Below are positions 9,885 through 18,526 of a stretch of 57,339 bases of DNA, piece after piece (the first letter of the stretch is position 1; each line of letters starts with the position of its first letter). The notes under the pieces were generated by a model, which did no database searches, had not been told where the DNA came from, and saw only the letters and a program-made list of their open reading frames with translations. The DNA is taken from contig CAYLSM010000001.1 in NCBI GenBank assembly GCA_964386505.1, positions 1 to 57,339 of the forward strand, in the 5' to 3' direction. This stretch comes from an uncultured Gemmatimonadales bacterium (GTDB taxonomy: Bacteria > Gemmatimonadota > Glassbacteria > GWA2-58-10). The position numbers and the translations under genes were made by a program.

Positions 9885-9935
9885 TGTCAGGCCGCCGCAG
9901 TTCTGCCTTTGGGGGCCGCGCCTGTCTGAGCCTGC
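9885..9935. repeat. Truncated copy (51-nt box only) of the intergenic repeat family also seen at 47517-47778 and 28811-29049
   Basis: tgtcaggccgccgcagttctgcctttgggggccgcgcctgtctgagcctgc aligns with 47517-47565 (tgtcaggccgccgtagtcgtctttgggggacgcgcctgtccgagcctgc). It lies just 3' of the stop of the 9964-11016 gene. Confidence 0.7.
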
Positions 9936-9963
9936 ACTACTGGCAGACGGTGCATATGCTATC

Positions 9964-11016
9964 TCAAAACCCTTCCTCCTGCCTCAGGATACGCGCCGCC
10001 TCCACCAGGGCCAGGTAGCCCTCCGTGGGTACGTACTCCGGGATCGAGTTGCCCGAGCCCAAAGCCCAGCCGTGCGCGCTGGCCCGGAACCGGCGCCCGT
10101 CCTCCACCGCCCGGCGCGTGATCTCCCCGGGCTTCTCGCGGCACAGAAGGTCCATGTCGATCCCGCCGAACAGACCGATCCTCTGGCTGTAGCGCCCGAT
10201 CCACTCGTCGAACGGCGCGATCACGTCCTCGTTCGAGTGCTTGGCGTCGATCCCCGCGGCGATCATGTCCTCCATCACCTCGAAAATCTTTCCGCAGGAA
10301 TGCCAGAGCATCGGCTTGCCGGCGCCGTGGATCGCCCCGATCAGGCGACGGTACTGCGGGACAACGTGCTGACGGATCACCGCCGGGCTGGAGAGCAGCC
10401 CGCCCTTGAACCCCAGGTCGTCACCGATCCGGCAGACCGCATACAGGTCACCCCAGCGGCGCAGGAACTCGCTCCAGATCGCGAGCATCGTATCGCCGAT
10501 AGCACGGTAGAGCGCGGCGAACGTCTCCGGGTCATCCACCTGGAGGTAGCTGAGCTGCTCGAACCCCACCAGGTCCTCGCTCAGCTCGTACACGCCGTAG
10601 CCCACTCCGCCCACGGCCCGCATCCCCTCCGGCAGGGCTTTGCCCAGAGCGCGGAACTGGCTGTCGTAGGCTTTCCAGAACAGCTCCGGAAGCTCGGCCC
10701 AGGGGTAGCGCTCGAAATCGGCCCGGCACTGGATCGGCCCGGGCCTGCCGCCGTAGATCGCGCCGTGGCCGGGCAGTATCTCGGCGATCCCGGCCTCGAA
10801 CGAGACCGTATCGTAGGTCATCTCGCGGAAAAAACGGCAGTAGCAGTCGAAAAAGTGCTCCTGGTCGACAGTTTCGCCCTCCAGTTCCCGGGCGAAAGAG
10901 AGACCCAGCACCCGCTCCATCACCGGCGGGTTGACTATGTGCTCGTACAGGGGAAGGCGCGCCGGGCGGCGGTTACGGGCCGCCTCGACCAGGTGGGTGT
11001 AGTCGGGTGTGAACAT
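9964..11016 (-). CDS. Uroporphyrinogen-decarboxylase (URO-D) superfamily protein, MtaA/CmuA-like methyltransferase type
   Basis: The N-terminus RPARLPLYEHIVNPPVMERVLG and the core MLWHSCGKIFEVMEDMIAAGIDAKHSNED resemble non-HemE URO-D family members. No corrinoid protein gene is nearby. Confidence 0.6.
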   Translation of the reverse strand: MFTPDYTHLVEAARNRRPARLPLYEHIVNPPVMERVLGLSFARELEGETVDQEHFFDCYCRFFREMTYDTVSFEAGIAEILPGHGAIYGGRPGPIQCRADFERYPWAELPELFWKAYDSQFRALGKALPEGMRAVGGVGYGVYELSEDLVGFEQLSYLQVDDPETFAALYRAIGDTMLAIWSEFLRRWGDLYAVCRIGDDLGFKGGLLSSPAVIRQHVVPQYRRLIGAIHGAGKPMLWHSCGKIFEVMEDMIAAGIDAKHSNEDVIAPFDEWIGRYSQRIGLFGGIDMDLLCREKPGEITRRAVEDGRRFRASAHGWALGSGNSIPEYVPTEGYLALVEAARILRQEEGF

Positions 11017-11032
11017 TCTCGGTTCCCTTTGC

Positions 11033-12553
11033 TCAGTCCTTGAAACTGCTCTCTCGAAGATCGTTTGCCTTGACCCGCCGGGCCAGCCAGGAGCCGGCGG
11101 TTAAAAGCAGCACAACGCCCAGGCCCCACTGGGCCAGGCAACTCCCGATAGTGGCCACGCCCAGCGGGTTCCACCAGTTGGCCCGGTCCCAGCCCAGTGA
11201 AAGCCAGAACCACCACAGAAGCAGCACCGCGAACTGGAGAGGGATCAGCCAGCTCAGGGTGAACGCGAACCAGCGGCCGGGTTTCATGTCCGGCGTATCG
11301 TCACGGTTCACCACCTCGCGCACGAACCGGCCCGCCCCGTAGAGGCGCACCGCCAGGCTGAACAGAAGGCCGCTCACCAGAAGTCCCAGGCCCCAGACCC
11401 AGTCCTGGTTGTCGAAGAATTTCCCGGACAGCGCGCTGGGCGCTCCGCCCAACAAGGTCAGGCCGGTCACGGCCAGGGTGGCGGTGCGGCGGCGAAGCCC
11501 CAGGTCGATCAGGTTCTTGACCCACATTTCTATCATGGAGATGAAACTGGACATGGCCGCGAAAAACAGGGCCAGGAAAAACAGCGGCAGCATCACCCGC
11601 CCGCCCAGCCCGGCCCCCAGAAGGCGCGGGATCCAGATGAAAGTCAGCCCCGTGCTGTTCTCACCCGGCAGCTTGACCACAGCGGCGGCCTGCTCGGCGG
11701 GCAGAAGGGCGAACACGGTGGGGATCACGGCCAGGGCGGCAAGCAAGCTGGCCGTGTTGTCACCCAGGCCCATGATCAGGCTGTTCTGGACTATCTTCTC
11801 CTTCGGACGGCTGTAGACCGAATAGGTCAGCAGAAGCCCCCAGCCCGCGCCGGTGCTCCAGGCGCTCTGCGACAGCGCCTCCAGGTAGACCCGCGGGCTC
11901 AGGAAATCCGCGGCCTTGAACTGGAACAGGTAATGCACCCCGGCCATGGCCCCGGGAAGGCAGAGCGCGCGCACCGCGGCGTAGACCATGATCAGGGCCA
12001 GCACCGGAATCATCACCTTGGCCGAGCCCTCGATCCCCAGGCGCACCCCGGCGCCCACCACCAGCCCCGCTATCACCGCCGCCGCGCCGTGATAGCCCAG
12101 GGCCTGCCAGCTCCCGGCGAACGCGTGCCAGAACTCCGGCCCAGTGGCGCCGTTCACCGCGCCGCTCAAAGTACCCACCAGGTAGCGCAGGCACCAGCCC
12201 GTGACCACCGAGTAGTAGAACATGATCCCGCCGGTGATCAGGGCCACGAACCCGCCCATCCAGGCCCCACGCTCACCGCGCAGGAACATGAACGAGCCCA
12301 GCGAGCCCCGGCGCGAGGCCCGTCCCAGGGCGCTCTCTGTCACCAGAAGCGGGATCGACCAGAGGAACAGGAACAGCGTCCAGGCCAGGATGAACACTCC
12401 GCCGCCGTTGGCCGCGGCCACGCGCGGGAAGCGCCAGATATTGCCTGTGCCCACGGCGATCCCCAGGGCGGTCATCAGCATGCCCCAGCGGCTGGAGAAC
12501 AGTTCGGCCGCGCGGCCGGCGCGCTTTTCTTCATTGACTGGCAGTTGACTCAT
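11033..12553 (-). CDS. Sodium-dependent transporter, neurotransmitter:sodium symporter (NSS/SNF) family
   Basis: The NSS hallmark GNIWRFPRVAAANGGGVFILAW is present. The 506-aa protein appears to have about 11-12 hydrophobic segments. Confidence 0.88.
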   Translation of the reverse strand: MSQLPVNEEKRAGRAAELFSSRWGMLMTALGIAVGTGNIWRFPRVAAANGGGVFILAWTLFLFLWSIPLLVTESALGRASRRGSLGSFMFLRGERGAWMGGFVALITGGIMFYYSVVTGWCLRYLVGTLSGAVNGATGPEFWHAFAGSWQALGYHGAAAVIAGLVVGAGVRLGIEGSAKVMIPVLALIMVYAAVRALCLPGAMAGVHYLFQFKAADFLSPRVYLEALSQSAWSTGAGWGLLLTYSVYSRPKEKIVQNSLIMGLGDNTASLLAALAVIPTVFALLPAEQAAAVVKLPGENSTGLTFIWIPRLLGAGLGGRVMLPLFFLALFFAAMSSFISMIEMWVKNLIDLGLRRRTATLAVTGLTLLGGAPSALSGKFFDNQDWVWGLGLLVSGLLFSLAVRLYGAGRFVREVVNRDDTPDMKPGRWFAFTLSWLIPLQFAVLLLWWFWLSLGWDRANWWNPLGVATIGSCLAQWGLGVVLLLTAGSWLARRVKANDLRESSFKD

Positions 12554-12583
12554 CGGCTGACCCGGGCGGAAAGAGTGTGTCGG

Positions 12584-12625
12584 ACAAAAAGAAACCGGCT
12601 CCCCGTATACTCTGCGGAGCCGGTT
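12584..12625 (-). terminator. Intrinsic terminator after the repeat-protein gene
   Basis: On the minus strand, AACCGGCTCCGC-loop-GGGGAGCCGGTT is followed by TCTTTTTG. Confidence 0.65.
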
Positions 12626-12679
12626 CCGAACCGGTTTATCCCGCCCGGCCGTGAAAGGCCGGGCTGAAATGCCCTTTAA

Positions 12680-13351
12680 TTACTGCCAGACATCGGGCTT
12701 GTTGTCGCCGTCGGTGTCGAATCCGGCCTGACCCTTGCTGCCGTCCTCGTTGTACTTCTGCCACACGTCCGGCTTGCCGTCCTTGCCCTTGTTGTCGTAG
12801 GCGATCTCTTTCATCTTGCCGTTGGGATAGTAATCGACCCACTGGTCCGTGATCCCGTCGCCGTTGGTGTCGGCTTCCATCCTCTCCTTGACCCCGTCGG
12901 TGTTGTAGAAAATCACCTGGTTGGGCTTGTCGGTCCCTTTGGTGGACATCTCCACCTTTTCCAGCTTGCCGCTGGCGGGATCGTAATACTGCCACTGGTC
13001 GATCTTGCCGGCCTTCTTGGTGTCCTTCTCGACCCGGATCTTCTCACCCTTCTCGTTGAAATAGATCCACTCGTCCAGCGTGCCGTCGAAATCGGTGTCC
13101 GTCTCGGTCTTGACCGCCACGCCTTCCTTGTTGAAATAGCGGGTCTTGTCGATCTTGCCGTCACCGTTGTTGTCAGCCTCGATCAGCTCGATCTTCGCGG
13201 CGTTGTTCGAATAGGTCCAGGTATCCGGCTTCCCGTCCTTGTTCGTGTCCTGTTCTTCCTTAAGCAGTCCGGCTTTGTCCTGCGCTGTCAACTGGACCGC
13301 CGGAGCCGCCACCAGGGCCATGCCAAGAAACAATGCCGCTATCGAACGCAT
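12680..13351 (-). CDS. Secreted protein built from about 7.5 tandem ~24-aa DxDxDG-type (calcium-binding-like) repeats
   Basis: The signal peptide is MRSIAALFLGMALVAAPAVQLTA. The repeat units include DTNKDGKPDTWTY, DNNGDGKIDKTRYF, DTDFDGTLDEWIYF, DTNGDGITDQWVDYY, DNKGKDGKPDVWQKY and DTDGDNKPDVWQ. Confidence 0.7.
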   Translation of the reverse strand: MRSIAALFLGMALVAAPAVQLTAQDKAGLLKEEQDTNKDGKPDTWTYSNNAAKIELIEADNNGDGKIDKTRYFNKEGVAVKTETDTDFDGTLDEWIYFNEKGEKIRVEKDTKKAGKIDQWQYYDPASGKLEKVEMSTKGTDKPNQVIFYNTDGVKERMEADTNGDGITDQWVDYYPNGKMKEIAYDNKGKDGKPDVWQKYNEDGSKGQAGFDTDGDNKPDVWQ

Positions 13352-13483
13352 CTCGTACCTCCAGCAGGTTATCGTTCATCCGGTTTGGAGTCAGTCAAAG
13401 GAATTTTCCCCAAACTAATTTTGCCATGCGCCTGACGCAAGCAATTTTTCATGATTTTACGGCGGTATTCCGCGGCGCAAGGC

Positions 13484-16400
13484 TCAGAAATCGGCGCCTA
13501 TGGAGAAATAGTTCCGGTGACGGCCCTTGACCAGCTCGTCGCTCTTGTAAATCTGGTTCTTGTAGTAGTAGTAGGTGCTCTCGTAGTGATCCAGCGTCTT
13601 GGCGAAATCCAACTTGATGATGAAATATCCCAAGTTCATACGCGTGCCGAAACCGTAGGCCGCCTGGGCGTTCTTCATCTTGAAGAACTTGGTGTTGGTG
13701 GTGGTGAACGGCTGGAACGAATCGTCGTTGTACCACACGCTGCCCACGTCGAAGAACATCACGCCGCCGATCCCGCGCAGGTAGATCGGCAGCGGCCAGC
13801 CCAGCACCAGGTGGTCGATCAGCGGGAAACGCAGCTCCAGATTGCCCAGCACGATATTGTTGCCGCGCATGTCGCCGTAGCCCGCCCCGCGGAACGTGTA
13901 GGGGCCGCCCACGTAAAAAGTCTGCGGGTCATTGCCCTGGCGCGTGCCCGCGATCACCCGGCTGGCGATAGTGACCCGCTGCCAGAACAGCATGTACTTG
14001 CGCCAGTCGGCCAGCACCTCGGTGAAACTTAGCTCGCCGAAGAACTGACGCACGCCCAGACGGTAGCGGCCGCCATCCACCGGCCCGGTGTAGCCGAAAG
14101 CCGCGTTGTCGTAAACCAGCGCCACCTCCGGCCCGGCGAAATAGCTCGTCCCGAACTTGGTCAGGTCGCGTTCCTTGGTCCCGACGCCGTAGTAGCTGAA
14201 CGGGTCGAGGTAGAAATCCACCCCGAAGGTTTTCGAGCTGATCGAATAGGCGTTGAACGCCCACTCCAGGCGGCGGAAACGGTCAAACGGGCGGCTGAAC
14301 ACCATCCCGACCCCGCGCCAGATGTTAGCGAAATATTCGCCCCCGTACGAGGAGATGCTCGACAGGTAGTACACATCCCGGAACTGCGTGACATAGAACC
14401 CGATGTTGGTGCGTGGTTTCAGGTAGGTGTACTGGAACAGAAGGTCGCTGTCCTGGATCTTGCCGTACAGGTTGGCCCCGACCATGATATTGTGGTTCGA
14501 CAGCACGTCGCTGATCGAGACCATCACCCCGCCGGAGGCCCCCACGTTGCCCATGTACGAGCCGTAGCCGGTCACATAGTCGGTGGTGAACTTGGCCTTG
14601 TACTTTTTGTTCTTGAAAGTCGAGGTGTCGGGCAAGGGAATCTTGTCCTTGGGCACGTCGAAATCGAAGCTGATCGACGGCATCTGCTTCTCGCGCGCCA
14701 GGGAGTCGGCCCGCAGAAGGCTCATATCGAGTGAATCGAGCCGCTGGGCGCCGCTGCCGGTGACCGAGGATTCCACGGTGCTGTCCAGGTGCGCCAGGGC
14801 GCTGTCCAGGCCCGGCAATCCGGCGTTCAACGAATCGGCCCGTCGCACCAGGTCGAACAGCGAAAGCGTGTCCAGTGCCGAAATGGCCTTGACCCGCGCC
14901 TGACGGAGCGCCCGGGCCAGACTGTCAATCCGGGCCAGGCTATCCAGCATGGCCAGACTGTCGCTCAGACCGGCCAGGAATTCGAGCCGCCACTCCGAGG
15001 CCGTGCCCTGGCGCGCCAGGCTGTCGAGCACTGCGGAATCCTCAACCCGCGGCGGGCTCACATCGATCATGTCCGGCATCGGGGGACGGGAAACCACCGG
15101 ACGGGCGACCGCGGTTTTCATCCCGCCCGCTGCCTCGGACACCGGGTGGCCGTTGACACCGTTCGGCCGTCCCGTTGCGGCCAGGGTGGAGTCGGCGGGT
15201 TTCGGGGCCGGGTGAGGCGCCAGGCTGTCCCGCGCCTCCTGGTCGCGCTCCAGCTCGGTTTTAAGCTCGGCGATACGCGTCTTGGTGGCGTTCAGGTGGA
15301 TCGTCTCGTAGGCGAAAGTGCGGCTCGTGTCCGGCACCCAGACCTTGCCCATGCTCTCAGGGCTGTTCAGCACGAAAATGTCCCAGCCGGCCTGGTAGAA
15401 CGCGCTGTATGCCAAGCGCCCGCTGGCCGAGCTCCAGGTGATGCAGGGGCTGGTCTCGGTCGGGCCGGCCACGCCGGTAAGGATATCGGTGACCTGGTAT
15501 TCCTTCCCGTCGGCGAAATCGTGGTAAAAGATATTCGGGATGCCCGTGCGGTCGGTTACGTAGGCGATCTTGCTCCCGTCCGGCGACCACTGAGGCGAGA
15601 TGTTGTCCATGTAGCTGTTGGGCAGGATCGAGTACTTGCCCGTGGCCAGGTCGAGAACGCCGATCCGGTAGTCGGCGAAGATCAGGCGGTCCAGGTCGGT
15701 GCCGGGGCCGTACTCGGTGACGAAAGCTATTTTCTTGCCGTCCGGGGAATAGACCGGGTCACGCTGGGTGTAGCGGTCATCGGTAACCTGCTCCAGCTTG
15801 CCGCTCTCCACTTCCACGGTGTAAAGGTTCGAGCGCCCTCCATCGATCCCGCAGAACACGATCTTCTTGCCGTCGGGCGAGAAACTCGGACTCAGGATAC
15901 CGTCCAGCCCGAACTTGAACTGGTGCACGATCCGGTTGTTGAACGTGGCCAGCACATAGATCGCTTCCTCGGGGCCGCTCTTGGCCACGAAAGTCAGGTA
16001 GCGGTCGTCCCGGCTCCAGTTCAGGCTGGTATAGAGGAACCGGAAACTCTCGAAATCCGGGTTGCGCTGGCCCTCGACCAGCTTTTTCGGCTCGCGCCCG
16101 TCGATAGCGCTGGCCTCCCAGATATCGATATAGCCGTCCTTGTTCGAAATATAGGCCAGCTTCTCGCCCGTGGAATTGAGCGCCGGGGCCACGTTGTAGC
16201 TGCCCCCGTCCTCGCCGTGCTTGGTCAGGCGGCGCGAGAAATCCTCGGGTTTCTTGAAGTTGACAATCTGCGGCAGATAGGTCTTGCGGATGTCCTCGTT
16301 CCATTGCTGGCTCAGGGTCTTCACATCGGCCCCGATCGAGCTTTTGAACGCCCGGCCCACGTTGCCGAAAACCGGGGTTTTCTGCAGGATCTCGCCGATT

Positions 16401-17137
16401 TTCTTGTTGCCGTAGCGCTGCGAGATGAAATACCAGACCGAATGCCCGAAACGGTAGGAGCGCAGGTCGGCCATGTAGCCCAGTTCTTCCAGGGTCATCA
16501 GGTAGCCGCTCAGTGCGGCGTCCCGCAGCCACATCTCGGTGTCCGGGGTCATCTTGTCGAGGCTCAGCTCCTCGACCATGCCCTCGATGAACCACAGCGG
16601 AGGCGAATAGGCGAACGGGTTGGCCAGCGGCGCGGCGTCGTTCCAGAGGATATCGATCTGGAACGCGTGGGCCAGCTCGTGGGTCAGCGTGTGCTCGAAA
16701 TCCTTCCACGAGCCGGTGAACGGCAGCAGCACCCGGCGCTTGACAAACTCGTTCACCCCGGCCAGCCCCTCGTTCACGTCCTCGGGCAGCACGTTGGTCT
16801 GCTGGAAATCGTTGTGGCTGGCGTAGAGGATCAGCGGCACCCGGCGGTGCAGGTTGAAATTGAGCATCCGGCTGTAGCGGGTGTAGGCCCGCTCGGCCAG
16901 GCGCGCCGCATCCAGCACCATCCGGCGCTCTTTCTTATAATAGTAGATATCGTAGTGCTCGGTGGATAGCACCTGCCACTGGAAATCCTTGTACTGCACC
17001 TTGTTCTTACCGAACTGCGCCCGGCTGCTGGCGGCCGGGAGCAGGGACAGCAGCGCAAGGAAAAGCACCGTGCGGAACAGTCTGCCTGAGCGCGGTGCAC
17101 GGTTGGCTCGGCTGGCATTGACTGGCATCTGGGACAT
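13484..17137 (-). CDS. Composite outer-membrane protein: signal peptide, HExxH metallopeptidase-like domain, PD40/TolB-type beta-propeller repeats, DSL-rich linker and Omp85/D15-like C-terminal beta-barrel
   Basis: The signal peptide ends near residue 40. THELAHAF occupies aa 152-159 (HELAH at nt 16667-16681). PD40 motifs are SFSPDGKKIVF, VYSPDGKKIAFV and QWSPDGSKIAYV. A DSLA-rich segment spans aa 700-816. The C-terminal ~370 aa have alternating-hydrophobic barrel character and end in FSIGADF. Confidence 0.75.
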   Translation of the reverse strand: MSQMPVNASRANRAPRSGRLFRTVLFLALLSLLPAASSRAQFGKNKVQYKDFQWQVLSTEHYDIYYYKKERRMVLDAARLAERAYTRYSRMLNFNLHRRVPLILYASHNDFQQTNVLPEDVNEGLAGVNEFVKRRVLLPFTGSWKDFEHTLTHELAHAFQIDILWNDAAPLANPFAYSPPLWFIEGMVEELSLDKMTPDTEMWLRDAALSGYLMTLEELGYMADLRSYRFGHSVWYFISQRYGNKKIGEILQKTPVFGNVGRAFKSSIGADVKTLSQQWNEDIRKTYLPQIVNFKKPEDFSRRLTKHGEDGGSYNVAPALNSTGEKLAYISNKDGYIDIWEASAIDGREPKKLVEGQRNPDFESFRFLYTSLNWSRDDRYLTFVAKSGPEEAIYVLATFNNRIVHQFKFGLDGILSPSFSPDGKKIVFCGIDGGRSNLYTVEVESGKLEQVTDDRYTQRDPVYSPDGKKIAFVTEYGPGTDLDRLIFADYRIGVLDLATGKYSILPNSYMDNISPQWSPDGSKIAYVTDRTGIPNIFYHDFADGKEYQVTDILTGVAGPTETSPCITWSSASGRLAYSAFYQAGWDIFVLNSPESMGKVWVPDTSRTFAYETIHLNATKTRIAELKTELERDQEARDSLAPHPAPKPADSTLAATGRPNGVNGHPVSEAAGGMKTAVARPVVSRPPMPDMIDVSPPRVEDSAVLDSLARQGTASEWRLEFLAGLSDSLAMLDSLARIDSLARALRQARVKAISALDTLSLFDLVRRADSLNAGLPGLDSALAHLDSTVESSVTGSGAQRLDSLDMSLLRADSLAREKQMPSISFDFDVPKDKIPLPDTSTFKNKKYKAKFTTDYVTGYGSYMGNVGASGGVMVSISDVLSNHNIMVGANLYGKIQDSDLLFQYTYLKPRTNIGFYVTQFRDVYYLSSISSYGGEYFANIWRGVGMVFSRPFDRFRRLEWAFNAYSISSKTFGVDFYLDPFSYYGVGTKERDLTKFGTSYFAGPEVALVYDNAAFGYTGPVDGGRYRLGVRQFFGELSFTEVLADWRKYMLFWQRVTIASRVIAGTRQGNDPQTFYVGGPYTFRGAGYGDMRGNNIVLGNLELRFPLIDHLVLGWPLPIYLRGIGGVMFFDVGSVWYNDDSFQPFTTTNTKFFKMKNAQAAYGFGTRMNLGYFIIKLDFAKTLDHYESTYYYYKNQIYKSDELVKGRHRNYFSIGADF

Positions 17138-17543
17138 TCGGGGGCATCTCCAGGGCCGGATCTCGTTTTACTCAAAACCAAAGGAATTATTCAACACACG
17201 CCCGCGGGCGTAAAAATCAATACACATCAGAGGCTGCAAGGTTTCATCGGGCAATGATTTCCGTAATCCCTTCCCGGACTGGCCCTTATTCTGCTTGCGC
17301 GCCTGAAACGGATAAGATATCTTTACCATTATTCTAAAAGCCTGCCGCCGGATTCGCAATCCTGGTGCCGTGGCCATTCCGGCCGACGGCAATCCTTGAG
17401 GCGGATACCGCAACCGGCTTTTATCCGGGCGGCGGTTCACCCCCCCGGGCGGGCAGGCTCAGCCGGGCGCTGAATCCGGTCGTTCGGCGCCCACCCGGCG
17501 CATCGCTCCATGCAGCTTGCGGTTCAGAAAGCGACCACGAGCC

Positions 17544-18509
17544 ATGACCGATTACCTTACCTCATTCGGCACCATTTCGCAGCAGGCCTCCGAGGCAATC
17601 GACCGGGTGTTGACCCTGCGTGCGAAAGTCAAGGGCAAATGCCTCGGTCCCAGCCGAGAGCTGCAACGCGAGGTGAGCAGCCTCTACGAGCGCGAAGTGC
17701 TCGAGCGGCTCCAGCAGATCAGCCGGCTCATCATCGAGATGGGCGAGTCCCGTCCCAAGAGGTTGGGAGCGGCCCTCAGCCGCCTGTCGCTCAATCTGGG
17801 CCAGAGCGCCGACCGCCTGGTGGCCATCCTCTGCCTGCCCGGCTACCGCAACCAGTTGAAAATCGTCCTGTCTCTGTTCGATCATATACACCGCTCGCTG
17901 CTCCACTTTCAGAAAAATGTGACGAATCGGAACGAAAGCGGCCTTTTCAATGTAAACAATCTTATGCAGGACATCGCTCTGGCGGTCTGCCCTTTCCGGG
18001 ACGAATTCATGCCGCCGGGAGATGACCGCACGGTCCGCACCGCGTTTGTCGAGAAACTGGACGAGGAAGTCCCCCACATGTCCGGTCAGGCCGAGGGACT
18101 CTATCTGGCGCTTTACCAGTTGGCCGCCAATGCCGTGACCGCGGCCGGCCCACAGGGCACGGTCAGCCTCTATACGAAATATCACGAGCGGTTCCGTCAG
18201 CTCATGGTGACCGTGGCCGATAACGGCCCGGGAATCGACCGCCTCGAGGTCATGCGCAGCGCCCTGATGACCGAGGCCGCCACGGCCGATACAATTGAAC
18301 AGGTTCGCTCCGATACGAGCGATCACAATAACCGTATTTTCGAATTGATCTACCTGCCCCGTGTCAGCGCGTTCAGCCTGGCCGACCAGTCACACCGCGG
18401 TCTCGGCCTCACCCTGGCCCGCGAGCAGATCAAAGCGCATGGAGGAAAAATCGAGATACATAGCAAACCTGGACGGGGAACAACATTCCAGGTAAGTTTC
18501 ACCATCTGA
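17544..18509 (+). CDS. Soluble GHKL/HATPase_c-type sensor kinase-like protein (orphan)
   Basis: The C-terminal ATPase boxes are VADNGPGID, HRGLGLTLAREQIKAHGGKIEIHSKPGRGTTFQVSF. No TM segment, clear H-box or adjacent receiver gene is present. I prefer the ATG at 17544 over the TTG at 17517. Confidence 0.6.
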   Translation: MTDYLTSFGTISQQASEAIDRVLTLRAKVKGKCLGPSRELQREVSSLYEREVLERLQQISRLIIEMGESRPKRLGAALSRLSLNLGQSADRLVAILCLPGYRNQLKIVLSLFDHIHRSLLHFQKNVTNRNESGLFNVNNLMQDIALAVCPFRDEFMPPGDDRTVRTAFVEKLDEEVPHMSGQAEGLYLALYQLAANAVTAAGPQGTVSLYTKYHERFRQLMVTVADNGPGIDRLEVMRSALMTEAATADTIEQVRSDTSDHNNRIFELIYLPRVSAFSLADQSHRGLGLTLAREQIKAHGGKIEIHSKPGRGTTFQVSFTI

Positions 18510-18526
18510 TCCCACAGCCGTGGCCG

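Noticed and set aside
14789-16969. A 726-aa plus-strand ORF inside the composite outer-membrane protein gene. The same applies to similar long antisense ORFs at 25143-26528 and 43750-45111.
   Set aside because: These are shadow frames opposite strongly supported genes, with biased composition rich in R, G, A, V and H.
17451-17475. A possible inverted partial copy of the repeat box (GCAGGCTCAGCCGGGCGC versus GCAGGCTCAGACAGGCGCGG).
   Set aside because: Only about 15 of 18 nt match. In a G+C-rich genome that is too short to separate from chance without a genome-wide search.
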